IMG/VR virus record: IMGVR_UViG_3300042868_013845
Location: 18,877 to 82,876 of that record
Strand: one strand, 5' to 3'
Source: a virus
DNA length: 64,000 bases
Below are positions 42,969 to 52,204 of the stretch, one piece after another; position 1 is the stretch's first letter; each line of letters begins with the position of its first letter. The position numbers and the translations under genes were made by a program. A model generated the notes under the pieces. That model ran no database searches, was not told the DNA's origin, and saw nothing but the letters and a program-made list of their open reading frames with translations.

Positions 42969-43951
42969 GTTTGTCCCCAATCCCTTCTTCTGTAATATTC
43001 TGGTGATAGATGTACGCTGCTGCTATTCTCCATATAGGTTTTTGCAAACTTTTCACCGTCCATGCTATACCATTCATTTGGAGGAGCTATAACTCTTCCG
43101 TCTGTTAACTTATTTAGTGTTTCAATAAAACGCAGTGTGAGAGCTAGTCTCTGCTCTCGTGTGCCATAAAATGGAGAGCCTTTATAATAGCCAGTTTTTG
43201 GCAGCTTTCGCTCTTCATATTCAACTGGCACTGGAGCAGTGTAACTTACATTGCAACCATATTCACTGCCAATTGCATCACCTTGTTTGACATATTCTTG
43301 CAGTAACTCATCTAGATTAAAGTTATCATGACGCAACATATGATGGCGAATATCAATATTGCCAAGACAAAAAGAGATTTCGCCAAAGGGCTTACAGCCT
43401 CTAAATTCATGCTTCAAGCCTCGTTTTAAAGTGCCATATAACGTTTTACCGTTTGCTCGAAAAACAGCATCGCTTTTTCGACTAAAGCTCGGACTATGAC
43501 TATCACCAATTGTTATGCCATCAAATCGATTGGCAAAGACATTTGGCAAATCCTCCTGAGCTAGTTTTTTTACTCTCTGCAGATTTTTACTTAAAGCATC
43601 GCACCATTCCTTTGTTATGGCATGATATGTCGTTGATGCACCAATTCTTTTTGAGAGCTGTTCTCCCCAATTAGGCATATCAATATCAAGACTAACTACG
43701 TTAGGATGTGCAGCTACTCGATTAATGCGATCGTAAATTTCCTTTGTTGCTCCTCCGAAAAGATTAAGTGTGCCACCAAAATTGACACCATGTTCAATAT
43801 AACAGACATCATAGTTAAGAATATCTGGAGAACAGTTATGATTAATTGGAGCCTGAAGCTGATCACTCCATACACTGCTCCAGCCTAATACATGACTATT
43901 TTTTAGTCGAGGAATATTGCTAATTGGATTTGTAATTATTGCGTTTGTCAT
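42956..43951 (-). CDS. SGNH/GDSL-hydrolase-like protein
   Basis: IGDSH (block I), LGNIDIRHH (block III-like), SSVHLSP (block V-like). Confidence 0.55.
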   Translation of the reverse strand: MTNAIITNPISNIPRLKNSHVLGWSSVWSDQLQAPINHNCSPDILNYDVCYIEHGVNFGGTLNLFGGATKEIYDRINRVAAHPNVVSLDIDMPNWGEQLSKRIGASTTYHAITKEWCDALSKNLQRVKKLAQEDLPNVFANRFDGITIGDSHSPSFSRKSDAVFRANGKTLYGTLKRGLKHEFRGCKPFGEISFCLGNIDIRHHMLRHDNFNLDELLQEYVKQGDAIGSEYGCNVSYTAPVPVEYEERKLPKTGYYKGSPFYGTREQRLALTLRFIETLNKLTDGRVIAPPNEWYSMDGEKFAKTYMENSSSVHLSPEYYRRRDWGQTCLA

Positions 43952-44952
43952 CTTGGATATATTTTTACATTATCACTTCGCTTTGCTAGATCAAAACTAT
44001 CTGGGAAAATCCAGTTATATGGTATGCGTTTAGTTGGTCGTTTCTCACCTCGACCAATCGCGAGATGTTTCCATGCGAAGCATGTTTTATCTTCACAATT
44101 TAACATCCTTTGACTTGTCATAGGATTACGTGGATCCTCACAAAGTATTTTCATTTGATGCAGCCAAAGTTCTGCTTGTTTGTTAAGTGGTATAAATTCA
44201 CCCTCTTCATCAACATCGTATTTGACTTTGCCATTAAGATTATCACCACCAAAGATTTGATGCAAGCCATCAAAGTGTCCAGTGCCACCAAAAAGTAAAC
44301 TTTCAGGATCAACGAGATGTGGATAGCTCATTGCTATATAGCGTGCAGTATTTTTACAAGGATAGAGTGGACTGCGGAAATTTTGAGCTTTCTTAAAATA
44401 GGCCTCAAGCTTTTTAGCAAAGCCCATCATTGTATATGGCTTATCGCGACCTTCAAAAATATCCTTTAAGTCATGAGCAGCTCTTAATGGTCCATCAAGC
44501 AACCACTCTTTTACATTAGTGCCCTTTGGATAATAGATTTGGAAAAGATCATTACGAGCATGTCGATTATGTGCAAAATGTTCGCGTGTTGCATCAACGC
44601 CATGATCCTTTAATAGTTTGAAAGTTCCCCAGTGTTCATTGCTAAAACTAAATACAAGTGTATAGAATAATCGATCAACTGGATCAGTTACCTCTGCCAT
44701 CTCATAGCAATATGGATGTTCATGCCAATGCAATCGATGACTAAAGATTTGATAGTCATCGCGTAACAATCGATCATCTCGTTCGTCAAAGACTCGACAA
44801 AAATTAAAAAAAGCTTCTAGTCGCGTATCGAGGCTATGCTCTCTCATCCAACTATCTTTAGGCTTTTTGCCCTTCATTGCCACATCGACAAGTTCTGGCC
44901 AAACAATATCAATTGTTGGCTCATCAATAAATTCGCTTAAACTGTTTTGCAT
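43948..44952 (-). CDS. aGPT-Pplase / amino acid:DNA transferase-like protein
   Basis: DDRLLRDDYQIF near N-terminus, NCEDKTCFAWK near C-terminus; tandem with paralog. Confidence 0.55.
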   Translation of the reverse strand: MQNSLSEFIDEPTIDIVWPELVDVAMKGKKPKDSWMREHSLDTRLEAFFNFCRVFDERDDRLLRDDYQIFSHRLHWHEHPYCYEMAEVTDPVDRLFYTLVFSFSNEHWGTFKLLKDHGVDATREHFAHNRHARNDLFQIYYPKGTNVKEWLLDGPLRAAHDLKDIFEGRDKPYTMMGFAKKLEAYFKKAQNFRSPLYPCKNTARYIAMSYPHLVDPESLLFGGTGHFDGLHQIFGGDNLNGKVKYDVDEEGEFIPLNKQAELWLHQMKILCEDPRNPMTSQRMLNCEDKTCFAWKHLAIGRGEKRPTKRIPYNWIFPDSFDLAKRSDNVKIYPR

Positions 44953-46082
44953 AGATCTTTATATTGTTGCACGCTCATGCCTGCACTCTTAATTATAGCG
45001 TCATCACTTGGATGATTTTTCATGCCGTTGAATGTTTTGATTAGACCATGTTCTAACATAGCCTTTTGTCGGCCATAAGGATGGTCCTTGATGCGACAGC
45101 TACTCCATATTGAGTCAAGATCAAGATGATCATAGTCTGCGCCTGGTCGAATATAATTTTCGATCCAGCGAATAAAATCACAACAAACATCCTCTGCGTT
45201 ATATGGCACACTACCAGTGTCTGCATAGATACGCATCATAATCTGATCAAGAAAATAATCATTTGACATTTTAACAGTTGGCTTTGCAAGATAGCCAATG
45301 CATTCACGAGCGTTTGTGCCATAATAGAATAGACTATCTCGATGCACAAATTCTGGCAGCCAATCTGCAATGTCAGCCACAATTGCAGCATATTGAAATG
45401 CATAGCGCTTTAAGCCATGCGCACTATTCCAATCAAGCATCCAATCTCCAATCTCGCGAAGTGTCTGACGACCGCCAACTTCAAGAAAGCGTGCAAGAGC
45501 AAATGCTAATTTAGGTGCATATTCACAGAGATAATAATCACCTCCACGTTTATAACCGGCTGGAGGTTTTGGAAAGCTTGGAAATTGATAGCCACAACTT
45601 GTATAAAATGGCTTTGGATGATTCTTAACAATAGTTGTCATGTCATCAATACTCTGAGCAGTGTGTAAATTAAAGAGCAGTGTATTATGATAGCCACTTG
45701 GTTTTGTAGCATAGTTAATAGCACTGCCACATACACGATGCAAGATAAAGACATAAAGCCATTCTGGTAAACCAAAGCTCTGTCGTTTATCAGTCCAGTT
45801 TTGAGCAACGGCAACTCTATAGGCATGCGCTTCTCCACTATCCATTTTGCTCCAATATGGATGGCTTTCACTCCAGCCATAGAATGCATCATTAATGATC
45901 TGACTAAAGCCAGCATATTTTCGTTCAACGACATCATATAGTTCAACGTTTTCCATTAGAGTATCATCTACGCCACTCTGAGCATAGGGCACACTTCCAA
46001 GATTGCATAGTCTTTGTTGCTTCTCAGCTAGACTATAATATCTCAAAAACTCATCATAATATTCAGTGGTTTCTATTTTCAT
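44937..46082 (-). CDS. aGPT-Pplase1 / amino acid:DNA transferase-like protein
   Basis: DTLMENVELYDVVER, FILHR, FQYAAIVADI, NAEDVCCDFIRW resembling the ExxLCEFxKY motif. Confidence 0.65.
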   Translation of the reverse strand: MKIETTEYYDEFLRYYSLAEKQQRLCNLGSVPYAQSGVDDTLMENVELYDVVERKYAGFSQIINDAFYGWSESHPYWSKMDSGEAHAYRVAVAQNWTDKRQSFGLPEWLYVFILHRVCGSAINYATKPSGYHNTLLFNLHTAQSIDDMTTIVKNHPKPFYTSCGYQFPSFPKPPAGYKRGGDYYLCEYAPKLAFALARFLEVGGRQTLREIGDWMLDWNSAHGLKRYAFQYAAIVADIADWLPEFVHRDSLFYYGTNARECIGYLAKPTVKMSNDYFLDQIMMRIYADTGSVPYNAEDVCCDFIRWIENYIRPGADYDHLDLDSIWSSCRIKDHPYGRQKAMLEHGLIKTFNGMKNHPSDDAIIKSAGMSVQQYKDLCKTV

Positions 46083-46083
46083 A

Positions 46084-47202
46084 TCAATCAATGCCACGAC
46101 CATCGCGCAGTCTTGTTATATATGGAAATCTTGGAATGCCATCAGGCGTGAGGTTGAAATATGTGCAGGTTGCAAATGATCCAACATAAGCTTCACGATT
46201 CACAAGCAAATCTTTGAGAAATTCATGATTGCCTTTGATATTGCTATTGAATGTGCGGCCATCTGGATGGCGACATACTGCAAATCCAGCCATGCCACTC
46301 TTATTGCCATTGCCTTCACCAATCTCTATAATCTCATATTCATCATCTTGAAATTCTTTACGTTTGAGAAGATTAGCGCTGCGTTTAAATTCATAGTGAC
46401 TATCAGGCACACGAACCATCTGGCCTTCAAAGCCATCCTCAAGATATTCTCCATAGAGAGCATCAAGCTCGGCTTGATTGTTAGCAATACTCGTCGCTAC
46501 CGCAACAAAGCTTTGTGGTAGACGTTGCACAATTTCAAAGACACTTTGCATGCGAGCAAGAAATCGCACTGGCTTTTGTGGATCAATTATACAATCATAG
46601 ATGTGATATTTGATTTTTGATTCACACTCGTCAAGATCTGCTGCTGTGGGCTTTGTCTTTTTGATTAGACTGCTAATCTTATTAAAGTCATGCTTAAGCT
46701 CGTGACTATAAAGCTCACCATCAAGAATTGCATGAGGATGACTATCAAAAAAGCCTTTCAACTCTTTTGTCAAAAAATCAACTGTCATCCAGCGTTTACC
46801 GCTTCGAGTCCATGCACCATTTGCATCAATCCAACAACGCATGCCATCAAGCTTTGGCTGTGAGGCAAGAGGAAAGCTGACCTTATCCTGGCGATCTTCC
46901 CACTTTTTAGCAAGCATTGGAGAAATTTTGACTGCTGATGAGTTGCAACTCTCCTGATTAGGATTATAGCCGCTATCAACCTTTTTTTGCCATTTGGCTT
47001 GTGCTTCAAACATTGCTTGCTCATCAAGTGTTCGGTGATTAGCTCTGCCAACATTTGTTGCCATGACTTTAAACCATTCGCTAGTGACGATCTTGCCACC
47101 AACTAGTCCGCTGTGAGTGCGATAGCCAGTTTCGTTAACTTCAACTGTCCATTGACGAATGCCATTAAGGCTATCTTTTTTGTATAGTGTATCGAGTTTC
47201 AT
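46084..47202 (-). CDS. lig: ATP-dependent DNA ligase
   Basis: PMLA, QPKLDGMRC, LDGELY, FEGQMVR, LLKRKEF, GIPRFP. Confidence 0.96.
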   Translation of the reverse strand: MKLDTLYKKDSLNGIRQWTVEVNETGYRTHSGLVGGKIVTSEWFKVMATNVGRANHRTLDEQAMFEAQAKWQKKVDSGYNPNQESCNSSAVKISPMLAKKWEDRQDKVSFPLASQPKLDGMRCWIDANGAWTRSGKRWMTVDFLTKELKGFFDSHPHAILDGELYSHELKHDFNKISSLIKKTKPTAADLDECESKIKYHIYDCIIDPQKPVRFLARMQSVFEIVQRLPQSFVAVATSIANNQAELDALYGEYLEDGFEGQMVRVPDSHYEFKRSANLLKRKEFQDDEYEIIEIGEGNGNKSGMAGFAVCRHPDGRTFNSNIKGNHEFLKDLLVNREAYVGSFATCTYFNLTPDGIPRFPYITRLRDGRGID

Positions 47203-47252
47203 TCTAAGGTCCAGTCAAGTTCGTCGAGATCAATAATAGTATCTTCGTTCAT
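47199..47252 (-). CDS. 17-aa acidic leader peptide coupled to ligase
   Basis: MNEDTIIDLDELDWTLE*, stop overlaps ligase start (ATGA), directly after a promoter. Confidence 0.4.
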   Translation of the reverse strand: MNEDTIIDLDELDWTLE

Positions 47253-47258
47253 GGCCTG

Positions 47259-47290
47259 ATAATACCATAAAATGAGCGATTTGTACACAA
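47259..47290 (-). promoter_or_regulatory. Sigma70-type early promoter for the ligase/modification operon
   Basis: TGTACA-17nt-TATTAT with TG extension. Confidence 0.6.
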
Positions 47291-47294
47291 AAAA

Positions 47295-47324
47295 AGAGCC
47301 AGAATCTAAAAAAATTCTGGCTCT
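47295..47324 (-). terminator. Intrinsic terminator
   Basis: GAGCCAGAAT...ATTCTGGCTC followed by a T run on the minus strand. Confidence 0.75.
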
Positions 47325-47348
47325 CAGGGTCAGGGGAGTTGTCCAGCC

Positions 47349-48143
47349 TTATTGCATAAGACTTTTTAAATATTTTTCGTTGTTGTGCGTAAGCTCACCT
47401 TTTTTCAAAGCATCAAGTACAAAGCGCATTAGGCCAAATTCCGGGCCATCTTTAACTTTTTCAAAGAACTTTTTATCAACGATTTCTTTTGCTGCGGCAA
47501 TTGCATCATCTTGATCTTTCCAAACAAAGACTGTTGAAAATACTTCTTTGTCATCTTCATAGACAGTTGGACGATAACCACGAGGATTGCTATTATAGGT
47601 TGTGCCTACTTTATAGTCTTCGTAATCTTCGAATTCAGAGCTATCCTCTTCAAGTTCAGAAGATTCAGATTTAACTTTAGAGCTTTTAACATAATTAAAC
47701 CATTTGCCATCGCGAGCTCTTGTATTATAGATAGGTCGAACTTCATCAATATAATATTGTGCAGCTTCAACAGCATCGCTTTCTTCTTCCCAAGATTCTT
47801 GGCTTAAAAATACAATTGATGAACCACGTGTTACGCGAGCTCTATATCCTCCAAATTTGCTTTTTTCTGCAGAAGCCTCTAAACCTCCAGGAGCTTCTTC
47901 AAGACTATCACCTCTTAGGATTTTGCTAGCAGCATCAGTCAAACTAATTGAAGAATTTGCTTTAGTCTCTTTTTCTTCTGCTTTTTCAGTGCGCTTAATC
48001 TCGGTTACAAGAGCCCCAAGATTAGCAATAACACCTTCAAGAGTATCAGCAACAATAGCAGATACACTACTAGATGTACGTCGACGTAAAAATTTTACTT
48101 CGACTCTATATCTTTCGATTTGTTTGTCTAATAGCTCTTTCAT
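47349..48143 (-). CDS. Acidic hypothetical protein with duplicated domain; candidate internal head protein
   Basis: Two GYR...F...W....DA..AA repeats; internal SLTDAASKIL motif followed by LEEA. Confidence 0.6.
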   Translation of the reverse strand: MKELLDKQIERYRVEVKFLRRRTSSSVSAIVADTLEGVIANLGALVTEIKRTEKAEEKETKANSSISLTDAASKILRGDSLEEAPGGLEASAEKSKFGGYRARVTRGSSIVFLSQESWEEESDAVEAAQYYIDEVRPIYNTRARDGKWFNYVKSSKVKSESSELEEDSSEFEDYEDYKVGTTYNSNPRGYRPTVYEDDKEVFSTVFVWKDQDDAIAAAKEIVDKKFFEKVKDGPEFGLMRFVLDALKKGELTHNNEKYLKSLMQ

Positions 48144-48146
48144 ATA

Positions 48147-48653
48147 TTATTTAGCCTTTTTAATTAGACGAAGATCGCTAAGAACATAGTCTCTACTGCC
48201 GATTTTTCGTTTGTTAAAGGTGATCGTTGTCTTTGGAAGATCTTTAGCTTTAAAGGTAACACTATTGCCTCCTAAGGCAACTACAACACCAAAGTTGGTA
48301 ATATCGTGAATGTCAAGCTCTGCAACCTTTGCTGCGATGTTATCAACTTCTGTGGCTTCTTCAAGATCATGCTGCTCATCATCTTCTTCTGACTCAGAAG
48401 CTTCATATAATCCAGCTTTTTTAAAGGCACTGATTAAAGCGCTATATCCTCTGTCAAATTCATCAAATGATTTATTCATATCACTATCATAAAAATTATG
48501 ATAAAGAGCCAATGTTGCTTTTCTAATAGTATCAAAAAGATCCTTTGCTCCAAGCTTTTCCCAGTTGACGGCAGGTGCTGCTTCAGCTACAACTGATTCT
48601 GGACGGTTAAGCAACATATCAGTTGCAGCTTCTAGTAATGTTTTATTTTTCAT
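48147..48653 (-). CDS. Candidate internal head protein
   Basis: MKNKTLLEAATDMLL leader; TATAAATA at 48662-48669. Confidence 0.6.
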   Translation of the reverse strand: MKNKTLLEAATDMLLNRPESVVAEAAPAVNWEKLGAKDLFDTIRKATLALYHNFYDSDMNKSFDEFDRGYSALISAFKKAGLYEASESEEDDEQHDLEEATEVDNIAAKVAELDIHDITNFGVVVALGGNSVTFKAKDLPKTTITFNKRKIGSRDYVLSDLRLIKKAK

Positions 48654-48694
48654 GCTATTCTTATTTATACTTTTATTAATCTTAATTATAAAAA

Positions 48695-49021
48695 TGGTGG
48701 AGATAACGGGAGTCGAACCCGTGTCCGCGACGTCTGCCTTTATGCCTTCTACAACTTAGCTATGTGGTCTCGACCATAGCGATCTAGGCTGATATCGGTT
48801 GCCCCGAACACTATTTCTCGGCAAGTGTTCAACCTATCAAACATTCGAGTTTGAATCTATCCTATATCGTCATGCTATCTAAATATAGGAGTCATTAGAA
48901 GCATGCTTACTTAAGCAGCAAGAGCGAGTGTATTTTCGCCGTTTGTTTTTGTGCCAGAAGGGATGGCGCCCATGTGTTGCAGCATATCAGCTCAACGTTA
49001 CGTCGAAACCAAAATATCCCC
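48695..49021 (-). ncRNA. ssrA: tmRNA
   Basis: 5' GGGGATA...TTCGAC; 3' GGGTTCGACTCCCG-TTATCTCC-ACCA with G3.U pair; tag frame GENTLALAA* at 48940-48911. Confidence 0.95.
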
Positions 49022-49025
49022 TAAA

Positions 49026-49781
49026 TTAATCTGGTATGTCAAAGATGGTGGCAAGATCTAAAGGTTGAGCAATATCGAAAAGAAATATTTTTTCAGCAGC
49101 GATCAAATGACCTTTAAGTTCTTTGAGCTCGGTCGCATATTGTTTAGTCTCAGGACCCATTGCTTTTTCAAGTCTTGAGTTCTTCATCATAACTAATTCA
49201 TCAAGAAAGTCAAATATATCCGTGATCTTTTTGACTACGTTTTGTGTGTTATTCATCTTGGCCTCAGTTAGAGCTGGTGCTGCATCTTCAACCAAATCTG
49301 CTTTTGAAATGTTTTTAGCTGCTACAACCATTGCTTTTGCAAATTCTTTGAATTGTAGTGCATTTTCTGTGGTTACTCGTGCATCAGTGTTACTGCCACT
49401 ATCATTATAGTGTTTATATCCAGACCAGCCCTGGCCAGAGCCGTCATCAGTATTGACCAGACCTTCAGGAATTTTTGCAAAGACTAAATCGCCGTCGCGC
49501 TTGTTTTTATAGATTACACAGCCCTCACCACAATAGATCATGCCTTCAACTGGCTTGCCATTACGCTTAGTGTATTCTTCTTTGGCATTAGCTTTAATTC
49601 CACCGTCAAGCATTGGTTTGCCAACGCGATTAGCATTTGCTTTTAGAAAGTTCGCATAGTTATGTTTACCTTTTTTAGTCCAAACAAAAAGATCAGAATT
49701 ATTTTCTTCTGCTTCTACTACTTGTTTTGGCGCATCTTCATTCAGAAGAAACGCTGTTGCTGTTTTGATTAAGTCTTGCAT
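49026..49781 (-). CDS. Candidate internal head protein
   Basis: MQDLIKTATAFLLNE leader, LVED/LTEA sites; TATAAATA at 49791-49798. Confidence 0.6.
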   Translation of the reverse strand: MQDLIKTATAFLLNEDAPKQVVEAEENNSDLFVWTKKGKHNYANFLKANANRVGKPMLDGGIKANAKEEYTKRNGKPVEGMIYCGEGCVIYKNKRDGDLVFAKIPEGLVNTDDGSGQGWSGYKHYNDSGSNTDARVTTENALQFKEFAKAMVVAAKNISKADLVEDAAPALTEAKMNNTQNVVKKITDIFDFLDELVMMKNSRLEKAMGPETKQYATELKELKGHLIAAEKIFLFDIAQPLDLATIFDIPD

Positions 49782-49895
49782 ATGTAATAGTATTTATATT
49801 TTTTATTGTTTTAGTCTGACGAGACTTTAAAGTTTTTATTTGTTATCGAGGAGTAGCAAATCTAATACTCTTAATCATATTATAAATAAAAATAT

Positions 49896-50720
49896 ATGTT
49901 AATTAATGCATTCACTCATACAGAAAATTTACCCGGAAATTGCGGTTGTGGATTCGGTGACTATATTAGAGGCAGTTTGGCTCTCTATCAAGCGGCAAAA
50001 GAAATGAATTTGCAATTTCGTATGGATCTTTCAAATCATGCTATTGGAAAATATTTAGTAGGGCATGAAGTTCCAACAGGCAATAGACCTGATGAACTGT
50101 TCCGAAACTTTAATCTTTATGGGAAACCTAATTTAAAAAAATATATCAATCGCCACTTTTGGAAAGTAAATCAAAATCCAAATCAAAATCCAACTGTTCA
50201 TCACAGATATGTCATGCTATGTAATAGTTTTCCAGATTATCCTCTCTCCGAAGACTGCAAAGAATATGTGAGATCTCAGATGATGCCCAATGAACAACTA
50301 GAAAAAATCATCGCTCGAAATCAACGAAAAAATGATTATGTGAGTATTCATATACGCACAGGTGATTGGGTTGGATTTTCCGAAAATGATAATGCGACCG
50401 AAGAGCTAGCTGAAAAAATTAGCGATAGCATAAAAGAGGTAAAGTCTCAAGCGGTTGGCAGAAAAATCTTTGTGTTTAGTGATAGCATGAAGCTAAAGGA
50501 ATTGCTTAAAAAGCAACACAAGATAAGCTATACAGAAACCATTCCTTCACATAGTATGCATGCTAACAGTAATAGCCAAGATATGCTTGTTGATTGGTTT
50601 ATGATACAATATTCACAGCATATCTATCAATTCACCAATGACTATCATAGCTGGGGATCAGGCTTTAGTGATAGTGCATCATGGTTAAGAGATGTGCCCA
50701 TTACTAAATTTAAATTTTAG
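49896..50720 (+). CDS. Fucosyltransferase-like glycosyltransferase (GT11/GT23/NodZ-like)
   Basis: GFGDYIRG, SIHIRTGD, IFVFSD, DWFMI, SGFS; TATAAATA at 49881-49888. Confidence 0.72.
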   Translation: MLINAFTHTENLPGNCGCGFGDYIRGSLALYQAAKEMNLQFRMDLSNHAIGKYLVGHEVPTGNRPDELFRNFNLYGKPNLKKYINRHFWKVNQNPNQNPTVHHRYVMLCNSFPDYPLSEDCKEYVRSQMMPNEQLEKIIARNQRKNDYVSIHIRTGDWVGFSENDNATEELAEKISDSIKEVKSQAVGRKIFVFSDSMKLKELLKKQHKISYTETIPSHSMHANSNSQDMLVDWFMIQYSQHIYQFTNDYHSWGSGFSDSASWLRDVPITKFKF

Positions 50721-50743
50721 TATAAAAATATTTTCTATGTCTT
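50720..50743 (+). repeat. Left arm of 24-bp perfect inverted repeat
   Basis: GTATAAAAATATTTTCTATGTCTT is the reverse complement of 56962-56985. Confidence 0.9.
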
Positions 50744-50750
50744 TTAAAAT

Positions 50751-50825
50751 TGGTGCCACCGGGGAATTACGATATCCCGACCTCGCCGTTATGAGCAGCG
50801 CGTTCTGCCTCTGAACTACGGTGGC
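50751..50825 (-). tRNA. tRNA-Met or Ile2 (CAT)
   Basis: Cloverleaf, CT-CAT-AA loop, CCA; atypical T-loop ATCGTAA. Confidence 0.88.
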
Positions 50826-50827
50826 TT

Positions 50828-50902
50828 TGGAGCTCTGAGCCGGATTCGAACCGACATAAAGAGGGGTTGCAATCCTCCGAGTAGCCATTCCCCCATCAGA
50901 GC
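50828..50902 (-). tRNA. tRNA-Cys (GCA)
   Basis: Cloverleaf, TT-GCA-AC, U73, CCA. Confidence 0.9.
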
Positions 50903-50905
50903 ATT

Positions 50906-51274
50906 CTATTCTTTTGAATAGTCTTTTGGTTTTTTGCTTTGCAGATATACTTCGCCATAGGCTTCAAGTATGCCAGTCAAGCTTTGAAATTCTTTTTGAC
51001 TTAAACTGTCAAGATTTTTTAGTTTTGCATAAGCTTTTTTATAACGCTCTTTGAAAAGATCACAACGAGTTTCGGTGTCTTTCTTTTCCCAGCGTTTAGC
51101 ATTCAAATATGGCTTAAGCTTTGCACCAAAATGATAAAAACTTAATATGGCAAATTTGCCTCGATCTTCACTTGTATCAGCCAGTTTCTTTGCAGCTTCA
51201 TAGCGCTTGCGGACAAATGCTGGAAATAGAACATCGCTAATTAGCTTTTCTGCTTTTTCGAAGAGTGAGATCAT
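50906..51274 (-). CDS. Basic hypothetical protein; candidate internal head protein
   Basis: MISLFEKAEKLISD leader; TATAAATA at 51280-51287. Confidence 0.55.
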   Translation of the reverse strand: MISLFEKAEKLISDVLFPAFVRKRYEAAKKLADTSEDRGKFAILSFYHFGAKLKPYLNAKRWEKKDTETRCDLFKERYKKAYAKLKNLDSLSQKEFQSLTGILEAYGEVYLQSKKPKDYSKE

Positions 51275-51290
51275 GTTTCTATTTATAAAA

Positions 51291-51366
51291 TGGTACGCGA
51301 TGACGGGCTCGAACCGCCGACCTCATCCGTGTAAAGGATATGCTCTACCAATTGAGCTAATCGCGC
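51291..51366 (-). tRNA. tRNA-Val (TAC)
   Basis: Canonical cloverleaf with CCA. Confidence 0.95.
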
Positions 51367-51377
51367 ATTATGAAATT

Positions 51378-51466
51378 TGGCGGAAGCCGTGGGGTTCGAA
51401 CCCACGAGGGCTTTATAGGCCCCAGCTGTTTTCAAGACAGTGTCCTCGTCCATCCGGGCGACTTCC
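51378..51466 (-). tRNA. tRNA-Ser (TGA)
   Basis: Long variable arm, G73, CCA. Confidence 0.93.
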
Positions 51467-51471
51467 ATATT

Positions 51472-51555
51472 TGGTGCGCAGGGTGGGACTCGAACCCACA
51501 AGCCTCGCGGCAACAGCTTCTAAGACTGCCGTGTATACCATTCCACCACCTGCGC
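51472..51555 (-). tRNA. tRNA-Leu (TAG)
   Basis: Long variable arm, CCA. Confidence 0.95.
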
Positions 51556-51565
51556 TTTTTAAAAT

Positions 51566-51820
51566 TTATTCTAGTTCTTTTTCGCTTTCAATATAATCAC
51601 GAGCACCAACAATCGCTTCTTCAGCTTTTACTATTGCTGCTTGTACATGCTCTGGTAAATTTTCATCATCGGCTAGCATATCATGCAAACCCTTTGCATT
51701 GCGAATAATTGTACGAAGTGCATTTTTTGCCATGCTGCCTTCATAATCATATTCTCCTGGATCCTTTTCAGATCCTTCAAGAATATGACGTGCCGCTTCT
51801 AATAAACTTTGTGTTTTCAT
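51566..51820 (-). CDS. Candidate internal head protein
   Basis: MKTQSLLEAARHILE leader; EGSMAKNAL...LPEHVQAAIVKA helical module. Confidence 0.65.
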   Translation of the reverse strand: MKTQSLLEAARHILEGSEKDPGEYDYEGSMAKNALRTIIRNAKGLHDMLADDENLPEHVQAAIVKAEEAIVGARDYIESEKELE

Positions 51821-51821
51821 A

Positions 51822-52091
51822 TTAGTTACCGCTACGGTTTTTCCAGATTCGGTGTGTAGTCTTTAAGTTTGAAATAAGCTTTCTTGTGTCAGAGTTCTCA
51901 TAGCCAGTATCGCTCCATGCTTCAATCATCCATTGTAGCAATCGTTCTACATCTTCTGCATCAAACTCACTAATTGCATCAAGCATGTTTTCTGTAACAT
52001 CTGGATGATTAAATCCAGAAACTTTTTCATTAAGGACTTTTCCTTCAAGTAAGGCCTTTGCTGCGGTGATTAAATTGTTTTTATCTGTCAT
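51822..52091 (-). CDS. Candidate internal head protein (start corrected to 52091)
   Basis: MTDKNNLITAAKALLEGKVLNE; TATAAATA at 52097-52104. Confidence 0.6.
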   Translation of the reverse strand: MTDKNNLITAAKALLEGKVLNEKVSGFNHPDVTENMLDAISEFDAEDVERLLQWMIEAWSDTGYENSDTRKLISNLKTTHRIWKNRSGN

Positions 52092-52110
52092 ATTTCTATT
52101 TATAAAATTT

Positions 52111-52188
52111 AGTAGCCGATGAAGGTAATGCTCTTTCGTATCTTGCGTGTAAAGCGAGCTCGTCCACAAAGCAGCATTGGTCATCGAC
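52111..52188 (-). pseudogene. Degenerate tRNA-Val(TAC)-like element
   Basis: Acceptor GTCGATG/CATCGGC, TT-TAC-AC loop, aberrant D and T arms, ends ACT not CCA. Confidence 0.55.
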
Positions 52189-52204
52189 GATCCTCAGAAG
52201 CTCA

